A stretch of 64,000 nt of DNA from an uncultured Candidatus Binatia bacterium (GCA_965215605.1 OZ244070.1:448001-512000); one strand, 5' to 3'; counted from the first letter of the stretch, positions 15,306-25,879 are shown. Notes: generated from the letters alone by a model not told the origin. Made by a program: numbers and translations.

Positions 15306-16868
15306 CTAGTGCGCGTATTCGACGGCGCGGGTCTCCCGGATGACCGTAACCTTTATCTGACCGGGGTACGCCATTTCGTTCTCCACCTTCTTGGCCACGG
15401 CCCGGGCCATGGATGCAGCCTCGTCATCGGACACCTGCGCCGCCTGGACCATGATCCGCAGCTCCCGTCCCGCCTGCACGGCATAGGACTTCTCCACGCC
15501 CTTGAAGGAATTGCTGATCCTCTCCAACTCCTCGAGGCGTCGGACGTAGGTTTCGAGCATCTCCCTGCGCGCCCCGGGCCGGGCCCCGGAAAGCGCATCG
15601 GCCGCGTCCACCAGCGGAGCGAGTATGGTCTCCGCTCTCACCTCCTCGTGATGCGCCGCGATGGCGTTGACGATCTTGGGCGACTCGCCGTACTTCCGCG
15701 CCAACTCGCCGCCAATGATGGCATGCGAGCCTTCCACTTCATGGTCGACGGCCTTTCCGATGTCGTGCAGCAGCGCCGCCCGCCGGGCCTGCTTTTCGTT
15801 CAGGCCGAGCTCCGCCGCCATGGATCCGCAGATGAACGCCATCTCGATGGAGTGCAGCAGGACGTTCTGGGCATAGCTGTACCGGAACTTCAGCCGCCCC
15901 AGAAGCCGGATCAACTCCGGATGGACTCCATGGACTCCGACATCGAACACCGCCTTCTGGCCCGCTTCCTTGATGACCTCGTCGATCTCTCGCTCCGAGC
16001 GCCGCACCACCTCCTCGATGCGACCAGGGTGGATTCGTCCGTCGGCGATGAGGGTCTCCAGCGAGAGACGAGCGACCTCCCGGCGGATCGGGTTGTGGCC
16101 CGAGATGATCACGGACTCCGGCGTGTCGTCCACGATGAGATCGATGCCAGTGGCGGCCTCCAGCGCGCGAATATTTCGCCCCTCGCGGCCGATGATCCGG
16201 CCCTTCATCTCATCGTTGGGGAGAGATACCACCGATACCGTCCGCTCCGTGACGAAGTCCCCGGCCAACCGCGCGATGGCCAGGGCGATCATCTTCTTGG
16301 CTTCACGGTCCGCCTCCTCCTTGGCCTGCTCTTCCATGACCCGGATACGCCGGGCGGAGTCGTGTCGGGCGTCCTCGACCATCTCCTCCATCAGGGCCTT
16401 CTTCGCCTCCTCGCGGCTGAGGCCGGCCACGATCTCGAGTTGTCGCTTCGCGTCTTCGACAAGACGCTGGGCTTCAACAGCCTTCTCGTCGAGCGCCTGC
16501 TGCTTCTTCTCGATGGCGCCCTCCCGGTTGGTCAGGCCGCTTTCCCTGTTCTCAAGACTCTCCAGCCGCTTGTCCAGGACTTCCTCCCGACTCAACAGTC
16601 TCCGCTCCAGCGTCTGGAGTTCCCTTCGCGTCTCCTTTATTTCGTTCTCGACCTCGGATCGCGCTTGCAGCTTCCCATCCCTGGCCTGTATCGCCGCGTC
16701 CTTCACGACTGCATCGGCTTCCCTGTGCGCCTCCGCCAGAATGCGCGCGGCGGTGCTCCGTTCGAGTTCCGCCTGAAGCCGCCGCTGCCTCATTCGAACC
16801 AGAAGGACGGCGACGGTCAGCAGGCAACCCACCGCGATACCCAGAACTAAAGACAACCATGTAAACAA
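15306..16868 (-). CDS. rny: Ribonuclease Y
   Basis: N-terminal TM helix, coiled coil, KH motif [15 protein letters not shown] motif [19 protein letters not shown]. Confidence 0.96.
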   Translation of the reverse strand: MFTWLSLVLGIAVGCLLTVAVLLVRMRQRRLQAELERSTAARILAEAHREADAVVKDAAIQARDGKLQARSEVENEIKETRRELQTLERRLLSREEVLDKRLESLENRESGLTNREGAIEKKQQALDEKAVEAQRLVEDAKRQLEIVAGLSREEAKKALMEEMVEDARHDSARRIRVMEEQAKEEADREAKKMIALAIARLAGDFVTERTVSVVSLPNDEMKGRIIGREGRNIRALEAATGIDLIVDDTPESVIISGHNPIRREVARLSLETLIADGRIHPGRIEEVVRRSEREIDEVIKEAGQKAVFDVGVHGVHPELIRLLGRLKFRYSYAQNVLLHSIEMAFICGSMAAELGLNEKQARRAALLHDIGKAVDHEVEGSHAIIGGELARKYGESPKIVNAIAAHHEEVRAETILAPLVDAADALSGARPGARREMLETYVRRLEELERISNSFKGVEKSYAVQAGRELRIMVQAAQVSDDEAASMARAVAKKVENEMAYPGQIKVTVIRETRAVEYAH

Positions 16869-16874
16869 GACAAG

Positions 16875-17513
16875 CTACCTCCCGGAAGCATTGAAACCGT
16901 CGCCGGAGCCCTCCACCCGCGGCCCCGCGACCCCGCCATCCCAGCCGGCGCATTCGACGATCCTCTCCTCCGTCACGATTGCGCAGACCCGCAGATCGCC
17001 CGGCTCCGCGGGCACCTCCCCCAGAAGCTGGAACTCGTAGGCCAAACCGATTTTCGGCACTCGCGCGTCCAGACCGGCCAGCCACCGGTCATACCAACCC
17101 ATCCCCCGCCCCAGGCGGTTGCCGTTGCGGTCGAAGGCGACCCCCGGGACGAACACGACAAGCCCGTCACCGCCGCCTTGGGGCAACCGCTGGTTTCCGG
17201 CGGGTTCGAGGATACCGTACCGCCCGGGGACCAGATCGGTTTCGGAGCGGACCCGAAACACGCCTGGCGAACCGTCCGTGACCTTGGGATAGTACAGCCG
17301 CTTCCGTGCCGCCAAGGCATCCCGCCGTATCTCGGACGTCGCCGCCTCGTTGCCCAATGGACTGTAGAGTGCAATGGAACGGGCGGCCCGGTAGGTCGGA
17401 AGGGCCAGAACATCGCGTTGGATGCGCTCCCCCCAGGCACAGACCAGCACGGCAGGGACGGCTTCTCTTTTCGCTAGAAACGCACCCCTGAGTGCCCGCT
17501 TCTTGTCCCCCAT
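16875..17513 (-). CDS. ygfA: 5-formyltetrahydrofolate cyclo-ligase
   Basis: VPGVAFDRNGNRLGRGMGWYDRWL; classic position downstream of 6S RNA. Confidence 0.92.
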   Translation of the reverse strand: MGDKKRALRGAFLAKREAVPAVLVCAWGERIQRDVLALPTYRAARSIALYSPLGNEAATSEIRRDALAARKRLYYPKVTDGSPGVFRVRSETDLVPGRYGILEPAGNQRLPQGGGDGLVVFVPGVAFDRNGNRLGRGMGWYDRWLAGLDARVPKIGLAYEFQLLGEVPAEPGDLRVCAIVTEERIVECAGWDGGVAGPRVEGSGDGFNASGR

Positions 17514-17562
17514 CAAAGAACTCATGATCAAGTCCTAAGCAAGGGCGCCGAGGGGCGAGGGT

Positions 17563-17599
17563 GTTGTCTGCCCGCGTGGCGCACACGCGGGCAGACAAC
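17563..17599. other. Perfect 16-bp GC-rich hairpin between 6S RNA and ygfA
   Basis: GTTGTCTGCCCGCGTG-GCGCA-CACGCGGGCAGACAAC, with no U-tract on either side. Confidence 0.8.
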
Positions 17600-17646
17600 G
17601 GCAGGAAGGCTTTCAGATCACGCGCGGGCGGAGAGTCTCCTCGACA

Positions 17647-17845
17647 AATGTGAACGTCCCCGAGGCGGCGGTGGAATTCCTCCTGCCAACGCCCGACCTG
17701 CGGGAAAGACCTCTGTTCGCCCGATCCGTTCAATCACTTCAACGAACTCCAATACCAGTGCGTGTATGTTCCGGAAACGTCCTGCCCTCACTGCTCGACC
17801 CCCAGGGCCCGGTGTCCCGCGGCCGATGCCCGCGGACACCACATT
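17647..17845 (-). ncRNA. ssrS: 6S RNA (predicted)
   Basis: Conserved zapA-[6S]-ygfA synteny. The 5' end AATGTGGTGTCC pairs with the 3' end GGACGTTCACATT, closing a ~199-nt rod. A -10-like TGGAATACT lies immediately upstream. Confidence 0.75.
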
Positions 17846-17912
17846 CAGTATTCCACACAAGCGCGGCCAAAAGAAACGGTTTTTTTCGAAACGCCGTCCG
17901 CCCGGACGCGCC

Positions 17913-18191
17913 TCAATCATCGTCGGACAGGACCGCCGTCAGCCGCTCGACAAGCTGGTCGACCCGCGTCGTGACCGTGTCGTGGGTGTCCTTCAGCCGA
18001 TGAAATTCGTCCGCGATATTGAGAGCCGCAAGCATGGCCACGCTGTATTTACTCTTCGAGTTCGTGGACTTGCCGATCTCCTGCATCTTGTTGTCGACGT
18101 ACTCCGCCACTCTCTGGATATACTGCTCCTCGTCGTCGCTTCGAAGAACGACCTTCTGTCCCATGATTTTGACTTCCACGGCCTTTTGCAT
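17913..18191 (-). CDS. zapA: Cell division protein ZapA
   Basis: VEVKIMGQ...VAEYVDNKM...AMLAALNIADE. Confidence 0.92.
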   Translation of the reverse strand: MQKAVEVKIMGQKVVLRSDDEEQYIQRVAEYVDNKMQEIGKSTNSKSKYSVAMLAALNIADEFHRLKDTHDTVTTRVDQLVERLTAVLSDDD

Positions 18192-18206
18192 ACCGCCTCC
18201 GTGTCG

Positions 18207-18434
18207 TCAGCAAAGGTCCAGATCCTCCAGCTCTCCGATCAGGCTGGTCAGCCGCTCTCGCAAAACGGCCCGATCGTGCTCGTAGCGTTGGAGCTGGTCG
18301 TCCAGCTTCTTGAACTGAACGTCCCGCTCCTCAAGCCGCGCTTCCGCTTGAGCCTTGGCCCTCTTCAACCTCTGATGGAACTCCAGGAGCCGCTCCACGC
18401 GGAACTCCAACTGCTCGAGTTTATCAAGATCCAT
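18207..18434 (-). CDS. zapB: ZapB-like coiled-coil cell division protein
   Basis: 75-aa all-coiled-coil protein directly upstream of zapA. Confidence 0.7.
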   Translation of the reverse strand: MDLDKLEQLEFRVERLLEFHQRLKRAKAQAEARLEERDVQFKKLDDQLQRYEHDRAVLRERLTSLIGELEDLDLC

Positions 18435-18451
18435 GAGACAAATATTAGCGA

Positions 18452-18501
18452 AATCTTAAATTGATAGTTTAAGATTAAGATTTGGCGGGTGCGGTTGTCA
18501 A
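18452..18501 (-). promoter_or_regulatory. sigma70 promoter of zapB-zapA with an overlapping inverted repeat
   Basis: TTGACA (18501-18496)-N18-TAATCT (18477-18472). Inverted repeat AATCTTAAA-N7-TTTAAGATT at 18452-18476. Confidence 0.6.
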
Positions 18502-18565
18502 CCTGCGGGAAGGGTCGTGGAGCCGATGTGCCGAGACCACGGCTGCCAGGAGTCCGTCCGGGACG

Positions 18566-19477
18566 CTAACCGAAAAGGGCCTGAGCGAACGCGTCGGGAT
18601 CGAACGGCTGGAGGTCGTCGATGTCTTCTCCTACGCCGACGTACTCCACCGGTATGCCCAGCTCTTGTTGAATCCTCACCACCACGCCGCCCTTGGCGGT
18701 GCCGTCGAGCTTGGTCAGGACGATGCCGCTTACGCCCACGGCTTCCCGGAAGATACCGGCCTGGAGCACGCCGTTCTGCCCGGTGTTCGCGTCCAGCACC
18801 AGCAAGGTCTCGTGCGGGGCGCCTTCCTGCACCCTGCCCAGGACACGGCGCATCTTCTTCAACTCCTCGACGAGGTTGACCTTGTTGTGAAGCCTCCCCG
18901 CGGTGTCGATGAGGACGACATCCGCCTGCCGCTTCTGGGCCGCGTGCGCGGCGTCGAACGCGACCCCCGAAGGGTCCTGCCCCTGACCGTGCTTGACCAC
19001 GTCGGCCCCCGCCCGAGCCCCCCATATCTCCAGTTGCTCGATGGCGCCGGCCCGGAACGTATCGGCAGCCGCCAGGAGCACCTTCTTGCCGCTCCCAACC
19101 AACTGGTGGGCAAGCTTTCCGATCGTGGTCGTTTTGCCGACGCCGTTGACGCCCACAACCAGGATCACCCACGGGGACTCGGAGTAACGCCGGGATCCCG
19201 GTCCCTGACCCTCCCTCAACAGGGCGGCCAGTTCCTGCCTCAACAAGGAGGCGCCGCCACCGTTCCCGCCCGGGGCCGAGCCGCGGACCGAGTCCAGTAG
19301 CCTCTGGGCAGCGTGGACGCCGAGGTCCGCTCCGAGGAGCAGTTCCTCCAACGCATCCCAATCATCTTCACGCGCGGCGCTCTCGCCCAGCACCGCCCCC
19401 AGCCGCCCGCCCCATGCCGCTCTCGTCCGGGACAGACCCTGCCTGAGACGGGAAAGGAACCCTTCTCTCCGTTCCAT
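18566..19477 (-). CDS. ftsY: SRP receptor FtsY
   Basis: GVNGVGKTTTIGKLA, DTFRAGA, DTAGRLH, TKLDGTAKGG. Confidence 0.97.
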   Translation of the reverse strand: MERREGFLSRLRQGLSRTRAAWGGRLGAVLGESAAREDDWDALEELLLGADLGVHAAQRLLDSVRGSAPGGNGGGASLLRQELAALLREGQGPGSRRYSESPWVILVVGVNGVGKTTTIGKLAHQLVGSGKKVLLAAADTFRAGAIEQLEIWGARAGADVVKHGQGQDPSGVAFDAAHAAQKRQADVVLIDTAGRLHNKVNLVEELKKMRRVLGRVQEGAPHETLLVLDANTGQNGVLQAGIFREAVGVSGIVLTKLDGTAKGGVVVRIQQELGIPVEYVGVGEDIDDLQPFDPDAFAQALFG

Positions 19478-19610
19478 GAACGATCAACCTCGATTCGTTT
19501 CTTGACCGGGAACTCAGCACAGACGTCGAATGCTCGTCAACCGGGGACGAGGGTGCCCGGAAGGAAGACATGGCGGGCAGCCGTTCAACGTCGAGGCACG
19601 GTCTGTCGGG

Positions 19611-22600
19611 TCACAACATCTCGACGGATACGAGCTTGGAGACCCCGGGGTCTTCCATGGTGACGCCGTAGAGCACGTCCGCCGCCAGCATCGTCCGCTT
19701 GTTGTGGGTGATGATCATGAACTGCGACAACCGGGTCATCTCCTTGACGATGTCGATGAACCGCTCGAGATTGACGTCGTCGAGCGGGGCGTCCACCTCG
19801 TCCAGGAAGCAGAAGGGGCTGGGCTTGGTCAGGAAGATGGCGAAGAGCAGGCTCACCGCGGTCAATGCCTTCTCACCGCCAGAGAGCAGGCTGATGGACT
19901 GGAGCCTCTTGCCGGGCGGCTGCGCGACGATGTCGACGCCTGTCTCCAGGTAATCGTTCTCGTCGGTCAGCGTCAACGATGCCGTTCCGCCGTCGAACAG
20001 CCTCGGAAAAATGGCCTGAAACTCCCGGTTGATCTCCTCGAAGCTCTCCTTGAAGCGAAGGCGGCAGATCCGGTTGAGCTTGGTGATGGTCTGCTGCAGC
20101 AGAGCCATGGAGCGTTCCAGGTCCTCTCGCTGCGCGGTCATGAACCGGCTGCGCTCGGTCAGCTCCTCAAACTCGCCGATGGCGGCGAGATTGACCTCAC
20201 CCATGCGCTGGAGCCGGGTCCGCAACTCCGCCACCTCCTCCTGAAGGTCGCCGGCGGAGGCCGACTCTTCGTCGGTGGCGGGCGGAACTTCCGCCAATTC
20301 CACGCCGTACTTGTCCCGAAGGTCGTCGCCGATGTGACCGAGTTCCATTGACCTCTCGCTCCGGGACAACTCAAGGCGCGCCCTGTCCTGCTGCCTGGCC
20401 TCGATGTCCGGACGGATCAGGTGGATGGCCTCTTCCACCTCACGGACCCTCTTGGAGAGGCCCTCGTATTCCTGCTGCCGCGCCGCCGCCTCTTCCTCCG
20501 CCTCATCGAGCCGCGCCTTCAGGTTCTCGATCCGTGAACGGGACTGATCGCGGGACGTTCTCATCTCCGCGGCCCTTTGGCTCATCTCCGCGATATGGGC
20601 TTTGCGCTCGTCGAGCTGGGCGGCGAGATCGTCGCGCAGGCTGACCCGATTCTCGAGGTTCGACCTCGAGTTTTCGGCCTTCTCCTTCGCCACGTCCGCC
20701 CTTACGCGGGACTCGGTCAGTCGCGCCTCCGCGGTCTGCAATTCCTGCTCCGACTGCCGCCAGGAGGCCTGCAATCCCTGCAGCCGCCCATCCAGGGCGA
20801 GCCTTTCGCGCGCGCTCTCGGCGATGGCCTCATCGGTGGCCGTCACGGTCCCGTCGAGCGCGGCGACCTCCTTCGACGTGTTGCTCAGCTCCTGGTCGAT
20901 GGTGGCCAGGTCCTGTCGCAAGCGCTCGATGTCCCCACCGGTGCGTAGCAGCTCCTGTTCCAGACGCACCTTGGCGAGCGCCAGGTCCCCGACCTCTTCG
21001 GTCAAGCGCTCACGTTCCAGCGCCAGACATTGCGACCGGGATCGGCTCTCTCCGACGAGTCCCTCCTGGCACCGGACCCGCGCCTCCCCCGCCGCAACCT
21101 CTCGCTTCAGCTCCTTGACCCTGCGGCGGCGGGTAATGGGGTTCCCCTCCAGGCTTTCGACGCTGCCGCCCGTGACCACGCCCATGGGATCGATGACCTC
21201 GCCGTCGAGAGTGACCAGGGAATGGCTGAAGCCGTTCGCGCGCCACAACCCCAGCCCCGTTTCGAGATCCTTGACAACCGCCACGTCGCCAAGCAGATAG
21301 TCGGCGACCTCACTGTAGCCGTCCTTCACCTCCACGAGCCCAAGCAGCGGCGCGATGACTTCCGGGGCCGACAGCGTCACCGCGGCGGCGCCGCTGGAAC
21401 GCTCGAACCGCCGGGGGATGAATCCGCCCCGGCCCGCCGACTCCTGCTTGAGATACTCGATGGCCTCCACGCCGTCCTTGTGCCCCTGAACGACCACGTA
21501 CTGGAGCCGTTCGCCCAGCACCGCCGTCAACGCCTTCTCCATTTCCTCGGGGGCTTCGACGAAGTCCGCCACCACGCCGCACACTCCGTCCGAGGCGCCG
21601 TTGCCCTGGTGCTTCTGCATGACGGCCCGGACGCCCTCCTGATAGCCCTCGAAATTCCTCTGCAGCGTCTCCAGCGAGCCCATCACCGAGCGCGCTTCCT
21701 GAAGCTCCTCCTTCAGGCGGGCAAGAGCTTCCTCTCTTTCCGCCAGGTCCGAACGCGCCCCCTCCAGATCCGTCTCGGTCCGGCGGAGGCTCTCCTCCAT
21801 CTCCGACGCCCGCGCCTTGCACCGGTCAAATTCCACCGAGCCACGGGACCGCCGATCGACCAAGGCCTCCAACTCCTGCCCCACGGCCAGCCGCTCTGTC
21901 TCCTTGTCCGCCGAATCGGCCTTCAGCCGCTCCAGACGTTCTTGATGTACCTGGCGTCCATTGGTGAGCTGCGCGTGGGCCGCCATCCGCTCCACCAGGA
22001 GCCCCCTCTCACCCTCGACCTCACCCTGAAGCTCCCTGATACGCGCCCGCAAACCGGACACCTCCAGGTCCGCGCGCTCCACCCGTTCGGCCTCCAGGAC
22101 GGCGAGCCCCGCGAACTCTTCGCTGGACTGCTCCAGTGCCGTGATCTCGGCCGAAACCCTCTCCAGGCGCGCGCCCGTGTCGACGGCCTCGGCTTCGAGC
22201 CTCCGGACGGACTCCTTGAGCTCACTTTCCTCCCGTTCCAGGAACTCGATCCTCTGCTCTTCCCCGCTAACCTCCAACCGGCGCTGGTAGAGCCGCTCCT
22301 GCGCGGCGGCGATCTCGTTGTCGAGCTCCAGCAGCGCCCCGCGGGCGCTTTCGTTCTCCGCCTCCCTGGCCCGGACAGTGGCGGTAAGCGACGTGATCCG
22401 ATCGTCCACCGCCTTCATCTCGGCGCCGCGCTCGGCGATCTCCCGTTCGAGACCCTGCCGGCGCACGGCCGCCAGACGGAGGGCCTTCCCCTGCAACTGT
22501 TCCCTGAGGTTACGGTAACGCTCGGCCCTCTTGGCCTGAAGCTCTATCTTGTGAAGCTGCCGCTCCACCTCCCGGAGGATGTCGTCGACCCGCAAAAGAT

Positions 22601-23168
22601 TCTGCCGGGTCTGGTCCATCTTCCGCTCCGCCGCTTCCCTCCGGCGCTTGAACCGGCTCGTGCCCGCGGCCTCTTCGATGATGCGCCGGCGGTCCTCGGG
22701 CTTGGCGTTCACCAACTCCTCGACCCGTCCCTGGCCGATGATGGAGTACGACTTGTTGCCGACGCCCGTCCCCATGAAGAGTTCGACAACGTCACGCAAG
22801 CGACAGGGGCTGCGGTTGATGGAATACTCGGACTCGCCCGAGCGAAAGAGCCGCCGCGTCACCGCGATCTCGCTGAAGGTACGGTAGTCGCCCGCGGCGC
22901 TGTGGTCGGAGTTGTCCAGTAGCGCGGTGACTTCGGCCATGCCGATGGCCGCCAGCCGTTCGCTGCCATTGAAGATGACGTCCTCCATCGTCTGGCCGCG
23001 CAGGTACCGGGCGCTTTGCTCGCCCATGGCCCATCGCAATGCGTCGACAACGTTGGATTTGCCGCAACCGTTGGGTCCGACGATGGCTGTGACGTCCGAG
23101 GTGAAGTCGAGGACAGTCTTATCCGCGAAAGACTTGAAGCCGGAGATTTCCAGTGCTTTCAGGCGCAT
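19611..23168 (-). CDS. smc: Chromosome partition protein Smc
   Basis: MRLKALEISGFKSF, Walker A GPNGCGKSN, coiled coils and hinge, LSGGEK, LDEVDAPLD. Confidence 0.97.
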   Translation of the reverse strand: MRLKALEISGFKSFADKTVLDFTSDVTAIVGPNGCGKSNVVDALRWAMGEQSARYLRGQTMEDVIFNGSERLAAIGMAEVTALLDNSDHSAAGDYRTFSEIAVTRRLFRSGESEYSINRSPCRLRDVVELFMGTGVGNKSYSIIGQGRVEELVNAKPEDRRRIIEEAAGTSRFKRRREAAERKMDQTRQNLLRVDDILREVERQLHKIELQAKRAERYRNLREQLQGKALRLAAVRRQGLEREIAERGAEMKAVDDRITSLTATVRAREAENESARGALLELDNEIAAAQERLYQRRLEVSGEEQRIEFLEREESELKESVRRLEAEAVDTGARLERVSAEITALEQSSEEFAGLAVLEAERVERADLEVSGLRARIRELQGEVEGERGLLVERMAAHAQLTNGRQVHQERLERLKADSADKETERLAVGQELEALVDRRSRGSVEFDRCKARASEMEESLRRTETDLEGARSDLAEREEALARLKEELQEARSVMGSLETLQRNFEGYQEGVRAVMQKHQGNGASDGVCGVVADFVEAPEEMEKALTAVLGERLQYVVVQGHKDGVEAIEYLKQESAGRGGFIPRRFERSSGAAAVTLSAPEVIAPLLGLVEVKDGYSEVADYLLGDVAVVKDLETGLGLWRANGFSHSLVTLDGEVIDPMGVVTGGSVESLEGNPITRRRRVKELKREVAAGEARVRCQEGLVGESRSRSQCLALERERLTEEVGDLALAKVRLEQELLRTGGDIERLRQDLATIDQELSNTSKEVAALDGTVTATDEAIAESARERLALDGRLQGLQASWRQSEQELQTAEARLTESRVRADVAKEKAENSRSNLENRVSLRDDLAAQLDERKAHIAEMSQRAAEMRTSRDQSRSRIENLKARLDEAEEEAAARQQEYEGLSKRVREVEEAIHLIRPDIEARQQDRARLELSRSERSMELGHIGDDLRDKYGVELAEVPPATDEESASAGDLQEEVAELRTRLQRMGEVNLAAIGEFEELTERSRFMTAQREDLERSMALLQQTITKLNRICRLRFKESFEEINREFQAIFPRLFDGGTASLTLTDENDYLETGVDIVAQPPGKRLQSISLLSGGEKALTAVSLLFAIFLTKPSPFCFLDEVDAPLDDVNLERFIDIVKEMTRLSQFMIITHNKRTMLAADVLYGVTMEDPGVSKLVSVEML

Positions 23169-23328
23169 ACGACGAATCCCGCAGTCCGAACACCTGCCGG
23201 CGCAACCGCCGACGCGAGGCATCCATCGCATTTATTTCACACGCGAGGGTTTGATGTCAAGCAAGAGTCACAACATGGAGTGATGGTCGGCATCTTCCAC
23301 CACAACATGTTGGAGTTGAGGGAACGCC

Positions 23329-23925
23329 TTACTCCTCCAACAGCGTGGTGTTCCAGTAGGAGGCATCGACGGTGGAGAGGAACGGGAGCCACTCGCGGTA
23401 GCGGAGATTCCCTTCCCCCTCCTGGATGAACGGGGTCCAGGTGGGTTTGTACGGCTGGTGCAACAGCTTCATCCTGGCTTCCTGGGGCGTGCGCCCGCCT
23501 TTCTTCCGGTTGCACGGGACGCACGAGCAGACCACGTTCTCCCACCGGGAGGTGCCTCCGCGGGAGCGCGGGATCACGTGGTCCAGGTTGAGGTGGTGGC
23601 GTGGGAGCCTCTTGCCGCAGTACTGGCACGTGGACTTGTCGCGCGCATAGATGTTGTAACGGCTGAACCGCACCTGCCGCCGGGGCACCCGGTCGTACCG
23701 TACCAGGAGGATCACGCGCGGCACGCGGACGACGTGGTCGACCAGGCCGACGGTTTCCTCGTGAACCGAGACGGACAGGTCGCTCCACCCCTCGAAGTCG
23801 AAGGTCTGGTACCTTTCGTTGACGACCTTGGCGATGCCCAGATACAGCAGCGTAAAGGCCCTGCGGACCGAGGTGACGTGTATCGGAAGATACGAACGAT
23901 TCAACATCAGCACCTTGGTGTGCAT
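23329..23925 (-). CDS. HNH endonuclease (McrA-like)
   Basis: VLMLNRSYLP...ARDKSTCQYCG...DHVIPRSRGG...WENVVCSCVPCNRKKG. Confidence 0.9.
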   Translation of the reverse strand: MHTKVLMLNRSYLPIHVTSVRRAFTLLYLGIAKVVNERYQTFDFEGWSDLSVSVHEETVGLVDHVVRVPRVILLVRYDRVPRRQVRFSRYNIYARDKSTCQYCGKRLPRHHLNLDHVIPRSRGGTSRWENVVCSCVPCNRKKGGRTPQEARMKLLHQPYKPTWTPFIQEGEGNLRYREWLPFLSTVDASYWNTTLLEE

Positions 23926-24236
23926 CGGAGAACCGCCCAGCCCGGCGGTGCCCGGATCCCCTTCCCAAGGCATACCGTCATTCACAACGGCCCGAGATCG
24001 AATCATCCCGTTTTATCGCCCTTTGCACCCGGCTTGTCAAACAAGTGGGGGACGCGCGCGTGGCGGGCGGGCCGCAACTTGCCATTTGTCGTCAACTGGC
24101 CTATTCTCAATGGAAATCGAAAGCTTGCGTCGTGCCGCACGAGAACCATTCAGCCAACCCGCGGGCTCTTCTCGCCGTCCGTGGATCCTATGCCGGCGCC
24201 CTTCTCCCTTTGAGCGAGCCCGCAACGACCTGACCC

Positions 24237-25739
24237 ATGAGACGGATCCTCATAAACACCACTCCACAGGAAAACCGCATCGCCGTGATGGAGGACAACG
24301 GCTTGGCCGAGTTCCTCATCGAACGGAACCAGGAAAAGGGCTGCGTCGGCAACATCTACAAGGGGCGCGTCGGTCGCGTGCTCCCCGGCATGCAGGCCGC
24401 ATTCGTGGAAATCGGCCTGGAGAAGGCCGCCTTCCTCCACGCTTCGGACATCCACTCGCCGTCGGCCCCGTTGCCCGCGGCCATCGACGACGCCGACGAC
24501 GAGATCCTGCTTGAACCCGCCCCCAACACCGGCCAGCTCCGGATCGAACAGCACCTCAGCCCGGATCAGGAGATCCTGGTCCAGGTCGCCAAGGACCCCT
24601 TGGGAATGAAGGGCGCCCGAATCACCACCCACATATCCCTGCCCGGCCGCTTCCTGGTGTTCATGCCCGACACCGGCCACGTCGCGGTCTCCCGCAAGAT
24701 CGAGGACGAGAAGGAGCGGCAGCGCCTGAAGGAGATCGTCCAGGAACTGGCCGGGGAGGATGAAGGCTTCATCATCCGGACCGCCTGCGAGGGGCGCAAC
24801 AAGAAGGATATTCAGAGCGACGTCCGCTTCCTGACCAAGCTCTGGAGCCGGATACGGCAACGGCTTGAATCGGCGGCCACGCCCGAGTTGATCCATCAGG
24901 ATCTGGATCTCGTCCCGCGGACCATTCGCGATTTCTTCAACGCCGCCACCGAGGAAGTGGTGGTGGACGACGCCAGGGAATATCGGCGGGTGGTGGAGTT
25001 CGTGCGGCAGTTCATGCCGCGTCTCAAGGGACGGGTGGTGCTGTACGACGGGCCCGAGCCGTTGCTCGACCGCTACGAGGTCGAGCGCAAGATCCGAAAG
25101 GCGCTGGAATCCAAGATCTGGCTGAGTTCGGGCGGATACATCAACATCGATCAGACCGAGGCTCTGACCGCGGTGGACGTGAACACCGGGAGGTACGTGG
25201 GGAAGAAGGACCTCGAGGCCACCGTGTTCAAGATCAACCTCGAGGCCGCCCGCGAGGTCGTGCATCAACTGCGGCTACGGAACGTGGGCGGCATCATTAT
25301 CATCGACTTCATCGACATGGCGCAGGCCGCCAACCGGAAGAAGATCTACGACGCGCTGAAGGAAGCGGTCAAGGAAGACAGGGCCAAGACCAGGGTTCTT
25401 CCCATCTCCCGGCTCGGACTCGTGGAGATGACCCGGCAGCGCACCCGCGAGAACCTGGGCAACGTCCTGTTGCGTCCGTGTCCCTACTGCACCGGCCGTG
25501 GCCGGATCAAGTCCGAGCCCACGATCGCGTACGAAATCCTGCGCGGCATCAAGCGCGAGAGTCTCCAACTGCACAACGGCAGCCGCATCACCGTGCATGT
25601 ACACCCGGGTATCGCCAATTTCCTGTACGACGAGGCCAACGAAGGGCTGGAGGCGCTGGAACGCGAGATCGATCGCCAGGTCATCATCAAGGCCAATCCG
25701 GAACTGCACCAGGAGGCCTACGAGATCAAAACGGCCTGA
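24237..25739 (+). CDS. rng: Ribonuclease G (Rne/Rng family)
   Basis: GNIYKGRV, LPGMQAAFV, TAVDVNTG, GGIIIIDFIDM; no RNase E C-terminal tail. Confidence 0.93.
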   Translation: MRRILINTTPQENRIAVMEDNGLAEFLIERNQEKGCVGNIYKGRVGRVLPGMQAAFVEIGLEKAAFLHASDIHSPSAPLPAAIDDADDEILLEPAPNTGQLRIEQHLSPDQEILVQVAKDPLGMKGARITTHISLPGRFLVFMPDTGHVAVSRKIEDEKERQRLKEIVQELAGEDEGFIIRTACEGRNKKDIQSDVRFLTKLWSRIRQRLESAATPELIHQDLDLVPRTIRDFFNAATEEVVVDDAREYRRVVEFVRQFMPRLKGRVVLYDGPEPLLDRYEVERKIRKALESKIWLSSGGYINIDQTEALTAVDVNTGRYVGKKDLEATVFKINLEAAREVVHQLRLRNVGGIIIIDFIDMAQAANRKKIYDALKEAVKEDRAKTRVLPISRLGLVEMTRQRTRENLGNVLLRPCPYCTGRGRIKSEPTIAYEILRGIKRESLQLHNGSRITVHVHPGIANFLYDEANEGLEALEREIDRQVIIKANPELHQEAYEIKTA

Positions 25740-25783
25740 GAGCCGGTCGAGTCATCGAATACCGGCGAGATACGATTCTTCGA

Positions 25784-25850
25784 CTTAACGTGATTGTAAC
25801 GCCGACGTAACGCGATCCGCCGACATTCAACGGCAACATGATCATAACAA
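25784..25850 (+). promoter_or_regulatory. Putative PHO-box-like direct repeats
   Basis: TAAC units at 25786, 25797 and 25808 (11-bp period), plus a pair at 25834 (CAAC) and 25845 (TAAC), upstream of phoU. Confidence 0.6.
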
Positions 25851-25879
25851 CGGGTGCTGGCTATATCCGGAGGCCGCCC

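Noticed and set aside
14589-16850. 753-aa plus-strand ORF and similar long antisense ORFs (e.g. 21030-22922, 34412-36865, 40344-42821, 46624-48699, 58505-61135)
   Set aside because: These are shadow ORFs opposite well-supported genes, expected from high GC3 codon bias, and carry no recognisable motifs.
23329-23925. HNH nuclease as part of a defence, CRISPR or IscB-type system
   Set aside because: It is a stand-alone short McrA-like HNH of a common family, located in a core region with no RuvC, array, methylase or adjacent ncRNA evident.
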